Origin: Chlamydiia bacterium
GTDB taxonomy: Bacteria; Chlamydiota; Chlamydiia; Chlamydiales; JAAKFQ01
Assembly (NCBI GenBank): GCA_041688145.1
Contig: JBDNIV010000005.1
Location: forward strand, 1 to 57,645
Length of the DNA stretch: 57,645 nucleotides
Direction of reading: 5' to 3'
Part shown: positions 23,484 to 33,110 of the stretch, one piece after another
Position numbering within the stretch: position 1 is the stretch's first letter
Layout: every line of letters begins with the position of its first letter
Notes under the pieces: generated by a model
The model's database searches: none
The model's input: only the letters and a program-made list of their open reading frames with translations
What the model was told of the DNA's origin: nothing
Position numbers and translations under genes: made by a program

Positions 23484-26400
23484 AGGCTGGCCTTTGTTAT
23501 AGTTGCCTTTGTATGTGCGTGTGTTAGACCGCCCGATACCCTTTCCAAATGCAGCTGCATTTTGTAAAAGATTTTTCCTCACAAGATTTATAAGCGTCTG
23601 ACCAGAGTAAGAAGATATGATATATGAAGGTATCATCGACCATGCTATTTGCCTGGCTCCTTCTACTAAATGCGCTGGAATTACAGGCCGCTCTCCTTTG
23701 TAATAAAAGGTTACAGGCGCCCCATAATAAGCAGGCAGAGCGCTTGCGTTGTAATATATATCAAAACGGTTATTTGCATTTTGAACGCCTTCTACTCCTT
23801 TAACTGTTTGATAGTCTGTACCGTTAAATTCTGCAGAACCATTGATATGAATTCGGTTATTTTCATCGTGTCCTGAAAATATATATATATTCCCAGTATT
23901 ACCTGTTGTACTGATATAGCTCGCAGCATCTGCTGTAAGATGTCCACTACCTGCTGGCTGATTTCCTGATGGGCTTGGATATAAGTTATCAGTAACCACA
24001 ATGACACTCGCTCCATTGACATAACTATTTCCTGACATCTGCAAGTCTTTACCTGCTTTTACCAAAACCTGCCCTGGAGCCTCATCTTTGATATACACAG
24101 AAGAGCTATCACCACTCGTTGTATTTGATAAAATAATGCTTTCTTCTCTTGAATCTACACTCATAGAGTCTGCACTTAAAATATACGTATTTGCGTTTGC
24201 TGCTATAGGATTTAGACTCTCTAACTTTATATCGCGAGCTGCTATAACTGATACAGTACCACCACCATTCTCAATATATACATCACTGTTACGCGCTCCT
24301 GAGTTTGATAAGGTAATTTTTCCTTCTGTTGATTCGACCTCTACAAGAGCTCCATCCATTCCATGAATATAAGCATCTGTACCCCTTCCTGAACTGTTTA
24401 TGCTCTCTATTGTGATATCCTTAGCCGCTTTTACAGATATGTTTCCATTTGCACCTGTTCCAATAGTCCTGATAAATAATTCACCCGCATCATCGCCTCC
24501 ATTTGATAGCGTGACTGCGCCCCCTGTTGACTCAACATCTACAGCTCCATCTAAACCCTGGATATAAATAGTTCCTGTTGTAGAGTCGTTCGCTGTTGCT
24601 AACCGAATATCTTTAGCTGCTTTTACAGATACTGTTCCATGTACACCCGTACCCTCACTACGAATATATACGTTGCTAAGAGTACTTCCCCCATTTGATA
24701 GCGTGACTGCGCCCCCTGTTGACTCTACATCTACAGCACCACCTTTGCTAAAAATATAAGTGTCTGTGGTGTCTCCATCCGTATTCTCTAGTGTTATATC
24801 TCTTGAGGCTGTCACTGTGACTAAGCCATTTGCTCCAGTACCTTCAGTCCAAATATACACATTACTATTGCCGTCTCCTCTACTTGAAAGTGTTATAGCA
24901 CCTGTTGTTGAGACTACATCTATTGCTCCTGTGTCGCTATAAATGGCAGCATTCCCATCAACATCACCTACGACTTCTACTTTGATATTCCCTGATACAT
25001 TTATATCTATAGCGTTTTTAGCGTTTATCAGCGCACTCGCATTAGAAGCTGTTGATAATGTCATTTGACACCCTGTATGTGCGCCATCTGAAATATTAAT
25101 GGTTAGTGCACTTCCCAAATCTTGCCCCAGTATAGCGTCTTTGCCACTTGTAGCAGCTGTTCCAGATCCATATATGCCTAAAACGCCATTGTTTGCGTTT
25201 AGATTTATATCTGTGGTTGCTGCTATCACATTAATTTCATTAGTCTGGCTGTGATCAGACAAGCCTATATTACAGGTCTTTGTGTTCACCTCTAAGCTAG
25301 AGCCTACATCTCCAGTAATACCTTGGTAGAACTGCACAGTTCCATTTCCGTTTGTCTGCAATGTGAGCTTATTAGTTGTCCATGTGAATAACGCTCCATC
25401 AGTAGCCCCTGTCGAAGGCCCTATCTCAATTCTTCCATGAACACCCGCATCTATAACGATATTATTGCTACCCAGATTAGTCTCTAACAAAGAGGCCTGT
25501 ATATTGCCTGATGCGCCACTATATGTATTTCCTGAAGGAGCTAGTGTGTTAGCTTCTGTGGTTACTGTAATTGTATCCGGATCCCATAAAAGTGTTCCTG
25601 TCTTACCTTTTGGAGCAAGTGTTGTGACTAAACCTACTACTTTAAAGGCTCCAGGCTGCTTGCCGGGACTTGAAACTTCTACAAAGCCTCCATCGCCGCC
25701 ATTAGAGCCGCCTTCAGCTTTTACGTTACCTAAAAACTCCATAGACTCATCACCCCAAAAGATGATTTTTCCACCGTTGCCATTCTCTAACGCTGAAGCT
25801 GTGACCTTCGCTCCTGCAGCTATATATGTGTGCTGTGAGTTGAAAGGCATGCCTTTGCCCTGATAGTCACTGCCTATTAGAATAGTGCCACCACCAAGAC
25901 TTCCTGAAACGTCGATATCTGCTCTATCCTCTAACCGAATAGAGTCTCCCATCACTTCTATAGAGCCGCCATGCTTTTTATCCTTTGCAGTGAGTATGCC
26001 GTCTACTTGGATAGCTCCTTTTTCTGCTGTAAGGAATATCTTGCCCCCTTCTTCTGTGAGGGTTTTTGCTTCTATATGGCCTGATTGGTTAATAGCGAGC
26101 TTGTATAAAGAGCCTTCGGCTCCAAGTCTGACTTCTAAAGCTTTAATGACCCCTGTGTTGCTGACACCTGCGTTTGATTCATTCTCATTTTTCTCATTAA
26201 AAACATCTGAATCTATTCTAGTTTTGATCAGCACACGTCTGTTACTTGCTGGCTGCAAGATCGCTTCTTGACACGCGTTTAAGCTCACTTGACCCTTCTC
26301 TGCTTCAATAGATCCCTCGTTTTCGATAGCGTACGCAATCACATGCACATCGCCTGATGCTGCTTTAATAGTACCGAGGTTTAAGACTTTAGCTGAGCTA

Positions 26401-26849
26401 TCACCTGCAAAGGCAGCCTCTTTACCGTTAAAAAAATCTGCGTTTGTGATGTTTAGTGTAGAGGCTATTAAAGAGCCCACGTTGATCACAGCGTCTTTGC
26501 CGATAAAGATGCCTTGTGGATTTAAGATGTAGACATTGCCTTGCGATTCTAGTGTCCCCATAATGCGGCTCATATCACCTCCGGTGATATGGCCTGTCAC
26601 TCGGTTCAGGACTGTGGAGTCTACTGATTGAATGAACTTTAACGCTTCATGACTCTCTACTGAAAAGGTGTCCCAGTTGATCACTGTCTTATCCTGACAG
26701 GTGATGTGCATGGTCGCTGGATCTACTCTGTCTAAAAAAGCGCCTCCTGACTCAATACTCGGAGATGTTGGAAGTGCTAGGCCTAAAGCAGGTAGTAAAG
26801 ATAAGAGAGCTAAAGCTCTGGATATAGGACGATATGACATAGTTAACAC
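23469..26849 (-). CDS. Filamentous haemagglutinin N-terminal (TPS) domain exoprotein with beta-helical repeats
   Basis: Signal peptide; INWDTFSV, VLNRVTG, VYILNPQGIFIG, GSLIAST; GGFVEVS and GTLLWDP; G/S/T/N-rich repeats. Confidence 0.88.
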   Translation of the reverse strand: MLTMSYRPISRALALLSLLPALGLALPTSPSIESGGAFLDRVDPATMHITCQDKTVINWDTFSVESHEALKFIQSVDSTVLNRVTGHITGGDMSRIMGTLESQGNVYILNPQGIFIGKDAVINVGSLIASTLNITNADFFNGKEAAFAGDSSAKVLNLGTIKAASGDVHVIAYAIENEGSIEAEKGQVSLNACQEAILQPASNRRVLIKTRIDSDVFNEKNENESNAGVSNTGVIKALEVRLGAEGSLYKLAINQSGHIEAKTLTEEGGKIFLTAEKGAIQVDGILTAKDKKHGGSIEVMGDSIRLEDRADIDVSGSLGGGTILIGSDYQGKGMPFNSQHTYIAAGAKVTASALENGNGGKIIFWGDESMEFLGNVKAEGGSNGGDGGFVEVSSPGKQPGAFKVVGLVTTLAPKGKTGTLLWDPDTITVTTEANTLAPSGNTYSGASGNIQASLLETNLGSNNIVIDAGVHGRIEIGPSTGATDGALFTWTTNKLTLQTNGNGTVQFYQGITGDVGSSLEVNTKTCNIGLSDHSQTNEINVIAATTDINLNANNGVLGIYGSGTAATSGKDAILGQDLGSALTINISDGAHTGCQMTLSTASNASALINAKNAIDINVSGNIKVEVVGDVDGNAAIYSDTGAIDVVSTTGAITLSSRGDGNSNVYIWTEGTGANGLVTVTASRDITLENTDGDTTDTYIFSKGGAVDVESTGGAVTLSNGGSTLSNVYIRSEGTGVHGTVSVKAAKDIRLATANDSTTGTIYIQGLDGAVDVESTGGAVTLSNGGDDAGELFIRTIGTGANGNISVKAAKDITIESINSSGRGTDAYIHGMDGALVEVESTEGKITLSNSGARNSDVYIENGGGTVSVIAARDIKLESLNPIAANANTYILSADSMSVDSREESIILSNTTSGDSSSVYIKDEAPGQVLVKAGKDLQMSGNSYVNGASVIVVTDNLYPSPSGNQPAGSGHLTADAASYISTTGNTGNIYIFSGHDENNRIHINGSAEFNGTDYQTVKGVEGVQNANNRFDIYYNASALPAYYGAPVTFYYKGERPVIPAHLVEGARQIAWSMIPSYIISSYSGQTLINLVRKNLLQNAAAFGKGIGRSNTRTYKGNYNKGQPLKRK
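24499..24737 (-). repeat. Intragenic direct repeat (47 nt, 1 mismatch) at 24499-24545 and 24691-24737
   Basis: ccatttgatagcgtgactgcgccccctgttgactc(a/t)acatctacagc; spacing 192 nt (64 codons); encodes AVDVESTGGAVTLSNG. Confidence 0.9.
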
Positions 26850-26906
26850 CTCTAAAGCCCATATTCCATAAAGGCTGAAAAGGTGTCAAAAAAAAGTTTC
26901 AATTAA

Positions 26907-28388
26907 TTATAAAAGATCAGGAGACCGATCACTTGAGATTTGATAGCGTTCTAGAATATTTTTATGCGCTTTTTCACTTTCTAATCTATCAAGAACAAAC
27001 TCGATGCTGCCTTCTCCTCTGAGAACAAAGTAATCACACTCTTTATCAGAAAAAGCTTCTATCAGATCTTGCATACTGTTAATAGGTCTGCTGTTGATGC
27101 TTTTTATCACAATATCTCCCATGTCTTGATACCCTAAAGTACTAGGATCAGCAAGTACGCGGCTTAAAATGATAATTTCATCATTCGGCTGAGATTTCAG
27201 ATTATTAATATTGCAATCGATCAGGTGAAATGGATTGTAATAGCCTTTAGGACGATCGAAATAATTCCAAGAAAGAGGCTGGAAAACGCATCCCCCAAAA
27301 ACAGTATATGAAGGTGATTTATCATATTCTTTAGACCTGATCTTATCGCCAAAAAGCTTATTTGGAACAAGTGAAACCTCTAAAGGCAAAACATTACCAT
27401 CTCGAAGCACTTCTAGAGCTACTGTATCACCCACAAACTTGTCTGATATAAGGAAAGAAAAATCGATATAGTAGTTGTCCTGATACCTAAAAGTTCCATC
27501 ATTTTCAATTTTATGGCCATCAATGCTTAAGAGCACATCTCCAGGTAAAACAATACCTTGAAGACCTGAGCCTTCAAATACCTCAGTAATAAGGACTCCT
27601 GAATGCTCAGCGCCCATTTTATAAAATTTGCGCATAATGGGGTTTCTTAATAGCTGCACTCTAGCACCTGCTCGCAAAAAGCTGTCATACTCTCCTGAAA
27701 AAGTGTCCTTTAAAAAGTGATTTACCACACAAGAAGGAATCACATAACCGATGCTACTTGCATTTGTTATTGTCTGAAAAGCAACACCTATAACTTCACC
27801 TTCATGTAGGACTGGCCCTCCACTATTTCCAGGATTAATAGCCATATCTGTTTGAAAATAAAGTAGTGAAGTGCGCTTAGGCAAATAAAGGCCTACCTCT
27901 ACTCGAGACAAAGAGCCCTGTACAGCACAGATTTGCTCTCCTCCCATAGGAAAGCCATAAGAAATCAGTCGATCTGCAACTGTAGGCACCTTATCTACAA
28001 AGTGTAAAGGCGAGACAAGCTCATTAAATCTAGGATCTTCTACCTTCAATAAGGCAAGATCACAGTCGTAACCAATATTATGAACTTTTGCAATGAAAGG
28101 CTCAGGAAAGCCCGCTATTTTAACCTCTATAAAAAGATAGTTTGCAACCACGTGAGCATTCGTTAAAATCCACTTTTCGCCCTCGACCTCAATCACAAAC
28201 CCTGAACCATTGCTTCTTACTTGGGAAGGAGCTTGCCAAGGAGCGGTGTAGTCATAGCGCTTACTTGTCACATCAATTCTTACAACTGAGTGATCAATGC
28301 TAGAGGCTAGAGCAAAAACTGGCAAAATAAAAAGCCATATAAAATGTCCCAGCACCTTGCGTGTAAAGTATTTCATAGTCGTGTCCAT
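26907..28388 (-). CDS. Deg/HtrA-family serine protease with PDZ domains (Deg2-like architecture)
   Basis: Catalytic triad in LTNAHVV, CDLALL, AINPGNSGGP; C-terminal PDZ-like regions; signal peptide. Confidence 0.88.
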   Translation of the reverse strand: MDTTMKYFTRKVLGHFIWLFILPVFALASSIDHSVVRIDVTSKRYDYTAPWQAPSQVRSNGSGFVIEVEGEKWILTNAHVVANYLFIEVKIAGFPEPFIAKVHNIGYDCDLALLKVEDPRFNELVSPLHFVDKVPTVADRLISYGFPMGGEQICAVQGSLSRVEVGLYLPKRTSLLYFQTDMAINPGNSGGPVLHEGEVIGVAFQTITNASSIGYVIPSCVVNHFLKDTFSGEYDSFLRAGARVQLLRNPIMRKFYKMGAEHSGVLITEVFEGSGLQGIVLPGDVLLSIDGHKIENDGTFRYQDNYYIDFSFLISDKFVGDTVALEVLRDGNVLPLEVSLVPNKLFGDKIRSKEYDKSPSYTVFGGCVFQPLSWNYFDRPKGYYNPFHLIDCNINNLKSQPNDEIIILSRVLADPSTLGYQDMGDIVIKSINSRPINSMQDLIEAFSDKECDYFVLRGEGSIEFVLDRLESEKAHKNILERYQISSDRSPDLL

Positions 28389-28518
28389 TTTTTTTCTGTT
28401 TTTCAGTCTCTTATACTAGCAAAACATTCCTTTTTAAATGCATCTATAGCATTTTTTTTAATTAATAAATTTACTTAAAAACTTGCACACTCACACACAA
28501 AGAAGACATAATAAGGTT

Positions 28519-29406
28519 ATGACTAATCCACTTTTAAAAAACCTCGATAAGCAACACCTATGCTGGGATGGAAGTGCCTTTTCCCCTGTAAATGAAGCTA
28601 CCGTTTCTTTGCATGACTTAGGCCTCAGAAGGGGTTATGGCGCTTTTGATTTCCTGCGCACTTATGACCGAATCCCCTTCCTTGTAAAAGAGCACGTATT
28701 AAAGTTTATTAATTCATTGAATCTCTTAAACTTAAAGCTTCCAGAAACTGTTGATGAAAACGCTCTTTTAAGCATCATTGATGAGCTTATTGATCAAGCA
28801 CCTCTAGGTGATATGTCAATCACCCTTATGGCTACAGCAGGTTTAAGCCACGACTTTTTCACCCCCTCAGGTCCTATAAACCTCTTTGCTTATACTCAGC
28901 CCTTAAAAAAGAATCCCATAGAAAGAGCTGACTTTATTAAGCCTACAATGAAAACTATCACCTTTCCCTATATACGCGTCTTACCTGAGTGCAAGTCCTT
29001 CCAGTACCTACCTGCTATTGTGGCTATGCAGCAAAAAGGCACTTGTGATGAGGTAATTTACACTAATACTCACGATGAGCTCGTAGAAGCAAGTCGCGCT
29101 AATTTCTTTGGTGTAAAAAATGGAACTCTTATCACTCCAGATAAAGGCGTCTTAAAGGGAGCTTCTAGAAAAGTTGTGCTTGAGACCTGCAATATGCCTA
29201 TAGAGTATCGTCCTATTGCTAAAGCTGAGTTAAAAGAGTGTGATGAGCTTTTTGTAACATCGACCCTAAAAGAAGTTACCCCCATTGGACAAATCGATGA
29301 CCTTCTTATCCATGGAGGCCTAATTGGGCCTGTAACTCAAGAATTGCAAAAGCGCTTCAAAAACTATGTGCATAGTTATAACGCAGATTATTTAGCTAAA
29401 ATCTAG
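28519..29406 (+). CDS. PLP-dependent aminotransferase class IV (IlvE/Dat/PabC family)
   Basis: DLGLRRGYGAFD, KS Schiff-base Lys region, EASRANFF, LKGASR, DELFVTST; ATG 28519 preferred. Confidence 0.9.
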   Translation: MTNPLLKNLDKQHLCWDGSAFSPVNEATVSLHDLGLRRGYGAFDFLRTYDRIPFLVKEHVLKFINSLNLLNLKLPETVDENALLSIIDELIDQAPLGDMSITLMATAGLSHDFFTPSGPINLFAYTQPLKKNPIERADFIKPTMKTITFPYIRVLPECKSFQYLPAIVAMQQKGTCDEVIYTNTHDELVEASRANFFGVKNGTLITPDKGVLKGASRKVVLETCNMPIEYRPIAKAELKECDELFVTSTLKEVTPIGQIDDLLIHGGLIGPVTQELQKRFKNYVHSYNADYLAKI

Positions 29407-29440
29407 ACTAGTAAAATCCTCGATAGTCTGAGCTTCCTAT

Positions 29441-31756
29441 CTAGCCATTACCTTCTTCGACAGCTTTTATAAATTGAACACTACCTTTGAGCTCAGAGCC
29501 AAGCACCAAATCAGGGTTTCCCGTAATATTAACTATTTCTAATTCATCAAGCTTAGCTAACTCAGGGGACAATGCTTTAAGTTGGTTTTTGCCTACATAT
29601 ATTTCTGAGAGTTTAGATAGACTTCCCAACGTCTTAGGAAGGGCGGTTAATTGGTTGCCCTCTACATTTAAGATTCTTAGCTCCACTAACTTTCCTATCT
29701 CTTCAGGAAGGCTAGAAAAGTTATTCCCCCTAACGTTGAGTACTTTTAAGTTAGTCAGATTGAAAATCTCTTTCGGCAGACTTTCAAGCTTATTACCAGA
29801 CATCACTAAATGGGTTAATTTCTTAAGGTTTCCCCACTCCTTAGGAATACTCTGAACCCCCATATTTCTAAGATTTAATCTTTCAATGTTTGGAGGTAAA
29901 ATCTTGGGTAGTTCTATATCCTTATCCTTCGGAAAAATCAATTCCTTCAAGCTTGTAAGGTCTTTTATTTCTTCAGCAATAGTCACAAACCCCATCTTAG
30001 AGAGATCTAGTGTTTTAAGTTTTTTAAACCGACTGATACATGGAGGAATCACAGTAGGAGAAGGAGTTTTTTCATCAACAAAAGAAGGAAGCTTTAATAT
30101 GTCTGGATCTAGAGACAAGAGCCACTGTTCAAATTCTTGATTAATATTAGATTTTTTCCAACCTCGTAAAAGTGCCTGCACAGAAGGGTCTGGTTTTGTA
30201 GAAAAACCAACCATGAACGCATTGTAGATACTTTTCAAACCCCCAATCCAACCTGACTGCTTATCAATTTGTGCAAGAGCAAGGCCTATATGTTCTAAAT
30301 TTTCTCTGTATTGAGGAGAGTCTAAGTAAGGGATTCCTGTAAAACCTCTATTTTCATATAGGAATAGAGTCCCTCGAATATCACTTAAGATACATTCGGA
30401 AATGGTGCTTTCTTTCCGACCACACGAGCCCGCAACATCAAGATCAAGAAATCGATTTGCAAATGCTTGCTCTTCTTCAGAAGCTGAATCCGAATAACCA
30501 GGCAACATCCGATATATATATAGAAAAGTTTCAACCTCTTTCCTATCAATTCGGTTTATCCTCATAAGATGAAACCAATCATGAGTTAAAAAATCACCAT
30601 CTTCTGAAGGTGCTATAGATCCATCTGCTTCTTCTGGAACTATAATGCCTGGGCAAGGAATGAACATATCTCGATAATCATTATATTGCCCAAGCTCGAT
30701 AAGCGCCCTCGAAGAAAGCCCCAAAACTGGATGGATATCCATTTTAGCACCACCATGGCGAGTCACCTCAACTGTAGCTTCCATAAGTCCCATTGAAAAA
30801 GCTGTGCGTAGCAGCTTAGAATCACTTAAAGCTCTATTTCCAAAAATGATTACGCTGGAAACTACCTGAGAAATTGTTGGACGTAACGCATGCTGCGTAT
30901 CTGGAAAAGTGATAAAAACACGCTCACTTGGAGGCAAATTTCGCATGCGCTCTAAGATTTGCTCAACTTGCTTCTTTGAAGGATCTAAAGAGTATTGCGT
31001 CAATCTAGTCACTCCAATAATCCTAGCTATTTCATCCCCATTTTCTACAGAACTTAATAATAGCTTTTTAGCCTTAGGATTTACTTCACCCTTACTGCCG
31101 AATAGTGGAACAAGCTCAGCTTTCTCGCCCTGATGTGTGTGAAGGTGTAAGTGTATTAAAAACGTCGAAAGCTGAGTCATAGATATAGCGCCTCTTAGAA
31201 ATGCCTGCACAGCAAGCTGCGGCGCTAGAGGATCACTAAAGACTTCTTTTCGATTATCTTGATCTATGAACTTTGCTTCTTCGTTCAAAAACCGAGCAAC
31301 CTGTTCTACGTCTTGTTTTCTTTCTGGCAACTTTGCAAGAGCAACCTTTTTTATAAATTCAGCTTTTTCAAGAGGAGATAAACGGCAAATAAATTCTTCA
31401 TATTGCTCTTTTCGACTCTCTTTTTTAGGAACCTCACCTGTCTCGGAAGTTGGCAGAAGTAAGCATTTACCTATCTTAGCTACACTATTATCTAGTGCTG
31501 TTGTATCAGCTGGTGCGTGAGGCTTTATGCTCGCTTTAGTCTTATTCCAAATCTCAGTAAGTTTTCTTAAACTGGCGGTGTCTATACTAGAATCTTTAAG
31601 TAAACCCTTTGTTAATCCCTTTATCTCCTTATCTATCTGAGATATAGTGCCATGCAACTCTTCGTCATCCATATCAGAAGAGTACATGCTCAGTTGGCTA
31701 ATAGAATCTTTCAAATGAGAAATATGAGTTAAAAATCCCGACAAAAGTAGCCTCAA
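29441..31756 (-). CDS. Leucine-rich-repeat protein, putative secreted effector
   Basis: C-terminal 23-aa LRRs (LxxLxLxxNxLxxLPxEIGxL); unrelated N-terminal ~540 aa; start uncertain. Confidence 0.85.
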   Translation of the reverse strand: MRLLLSGFLTHISHLKDSISQLSMYSSDMDDEELHGTISQIDKEIKGLTKGLLKDSSIDTASLRKLTEIWNKTKASIKPHAPADTTALDNSVAKIGKCLLLPTSETGEVPKKESRKEQYEEFICRLSPLEKAEFIKKVALAKLPERKQDVEQVARFLNEEAKFIDQDNRKEVFSDPLAPQLAVQAFLRGAISMTQLSTFLIHLHLHTHQGEKAELVPLFGSKGEVNPKAKKLLLSSVENGDEIARIIGVTRLTQYSLDPSKKQVEQILERMRNLPPSERVFITFPDTQHALRPTISQVVSSVIIFGNRALSDSKLLRTAFSMGLMEATVEVTRHGGAKMDIHPVLGLSSRALIELGQYNDYRDMFIPCPGIIVPEEADGSIAPSEDGDFLTHDWFHLMRINRIDRKEVETFLYIYRMLPGYSDSASEEEQAFANRFLDLDVAGSCGRKESTISECILSDIRGTLFLYENRGFTGIPYLDSPQYRENLEHIGLALAQIDKQSGWIGGLKSIYNAFMVGFSTKPDPSVQALLRGWKKSNINQEFEQWLLSLDPDILKLPSFVDEKTPSPTVIPPCISRFKKLKTLDLSKMGFVTIAEEIKDLTSLKELIFPKDKDIELPKILPPNIERLNLRNMGVQSIPKEWGNLKKLTHLVMSGNKLESLPKEIFNLTNLKVLNVRGNNFSSLPEEIGKLVELRILNVEGNQLTALPKTLGSLSKLSEIYVGKNQLKALSPELAKLDELEIVNITGNPDLVLGSELKGSVQFIKAVEEGNG

Positions 31757-31866
31757 CTAGTTAAATTCAAACTAGTTTCTGTATCTGTAAATAAAAATTG
31801 TTTGTCAAAGGAGATAGTTAAAATTAACTAAATATACTTATTATAGAAATTCTTGAGTAAAAAAAG

Positions 31867-31943
31867 TGGTGCGGTTGCCAAGATTTGAACTTGGGACCTC
31901 AACATTATCAGTGTTGCGCTCTAACCAACTGAGCTACAACCGC
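31867..31943 (-). tRNA. tRNA-Ile(GAT), CCA encoded
   Basis: GCGGTTG/CAACCGC acceptor stem, anticodon loop CTGATAA, TTCAAAT T-loop, 3' ACCA. Confidence 0.97.
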
Positions 31944-31960
31944 ACAAAAGAATGAATGAA

Positions 31961-32033
31961 TGGAGGTTAGGAGATTCGAACTCCTCACCTTCTGAATGCA
32001 AATCAGACGCTCTACCAAATGAGCTAAACCCCC
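31961..32033 (-). tRNA. tRNA-Ala(TGC), CCA not encoded
   Basis: GGGGGTT/AACCTCC acceptor stem with G3:U70, anticodon loop TTTGCAT, TTCGAAT T-loop. Confidence 0.97.
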
Positions 32034-32202
32034 AATGGGAACATCCGAAAATGTAGCTTAAGCAAAGATTTTGCGCAATCCCTAAGTAGTCAAGAACATA
32101 CATAGGTTATAATAAAAACTTTTGAATAAAGGGTTCAAGGAGTGCATTGCAGTAAAAATTTCATTCCCCTAGGTTGAAGAAAAATCGCCTTAAGGAATTT
32201 TC

Positions 32203-33105
32203 ATGCCTACTCGTAAAAGCCTAGCGTGCCCTAAAACATCTCTTGCTTTAGGTGTTACGTATTTGCTGCTTGCTTGGCTTTTTGGAACAATCATGACTAT
32301 TTTTGCAAAAAATGCTGAGTTATCTATTAGCGTATGGACAATTGTATGTATTCAAGGCCTGATTAGCTTAGTGATCACTCTACCCATCGCTTTTTACAAA
32401 AAAGATGATATCAAGCGATTTTCTTCATGGAAATACATTATATGGAGATCTGTTTTCTCAGTAACAGCTATCGCAACTATGTTCTTAGCTGCTAAGTATG
32501 CAAAACTTGTCGATGTTTTCCTTTTGACAAACACAACACCTATATTCATACCGATTGTAGCTTTTTTCTGGCTGAAGACAAAAATCCCCTTCAAAATGTG
32601 GATAAGTATCTTAGTGGGTTTTTTAGGTATTATTTTTGTGCTTAGACCAGATGCTTCTTTATTTGCACACCCAGGCGTGCTCTATGCCCTTATCCCAGGG
32701 ATTACCCTTTCGTTTTCTCAAATCCTCATGCGTCTAATGGCCGACAAAAAAGAGACGCCTTACGCCATTTTATTTTACTATCTGATTATTATATCTGTAA
32801 TTGCCCTGCCTGGAATGATCGTTACATGGAAAGCTCTAAGCCCCCATATATTATGGCTACTGCTTGGAGGAGGCATCTGTAACTTTGGACAGCAGATCTG
32901 CTTTTTGAAAGCTTTTTCCCATGCACGCCCTGTGCAAATAGGCCCGATTAACTATTCAGCCGTTGTCTTTTCCTATATTGCAGGATGGCTCTTGTGGAAC
33001 CAAGAAGTTAAATGGCTAGGCCTTTTAGGCATTATTTTGGTCATCGCAGGAGGGGTTACTACTCTCTGTTTTGATAAAAAAACAACACTGAAACCAAAAG
33101 CTTGA
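32203..33105 (+). CDS. DMT/EamA family transporter (copy 1 of 4)
   Basis: 10 TM; NTTPIFIPIVAFFWLK, GFLGIIFVLRP, GPINYSAVVF. Confidence 0.92.
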   Translation: MPTRKSLACPKTSLALGVTYLLLAWLFGTIMTIFAKNAELSISVWTIVCIQGLISLVITLPIAFYKKDDIKRFSSWKYIIWRSVFSVTAIATMFLAAKYAKLVDVFLLTNTTPIFIPIVAFFWLKTKIPFKMWISILVGFLGIIFVLRPDASLFAHPGVLYALIPGITLSFSQILMRLMADKKETPYAILFYYLIIISVIALPGMIVTWKALSPHILWLLLGGGICNFGQQICFLKAFSHARPVQIGPINYSAVVFSYIAGWLLWNQEVKWLGLLGIILVIAGGVTTLCFDKKTTLKPKA

Positions 33106-33110
33106 AGCCT

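Noticed and set aside
29441..31943. Genomic island integrated at tRNA-Ile
   Set aside because: No integrase and no duplicated tRNA 3' end noticed
31921..32103. 60-aa ORF
   Set aside because: Runs through the tRNA genes; spurious
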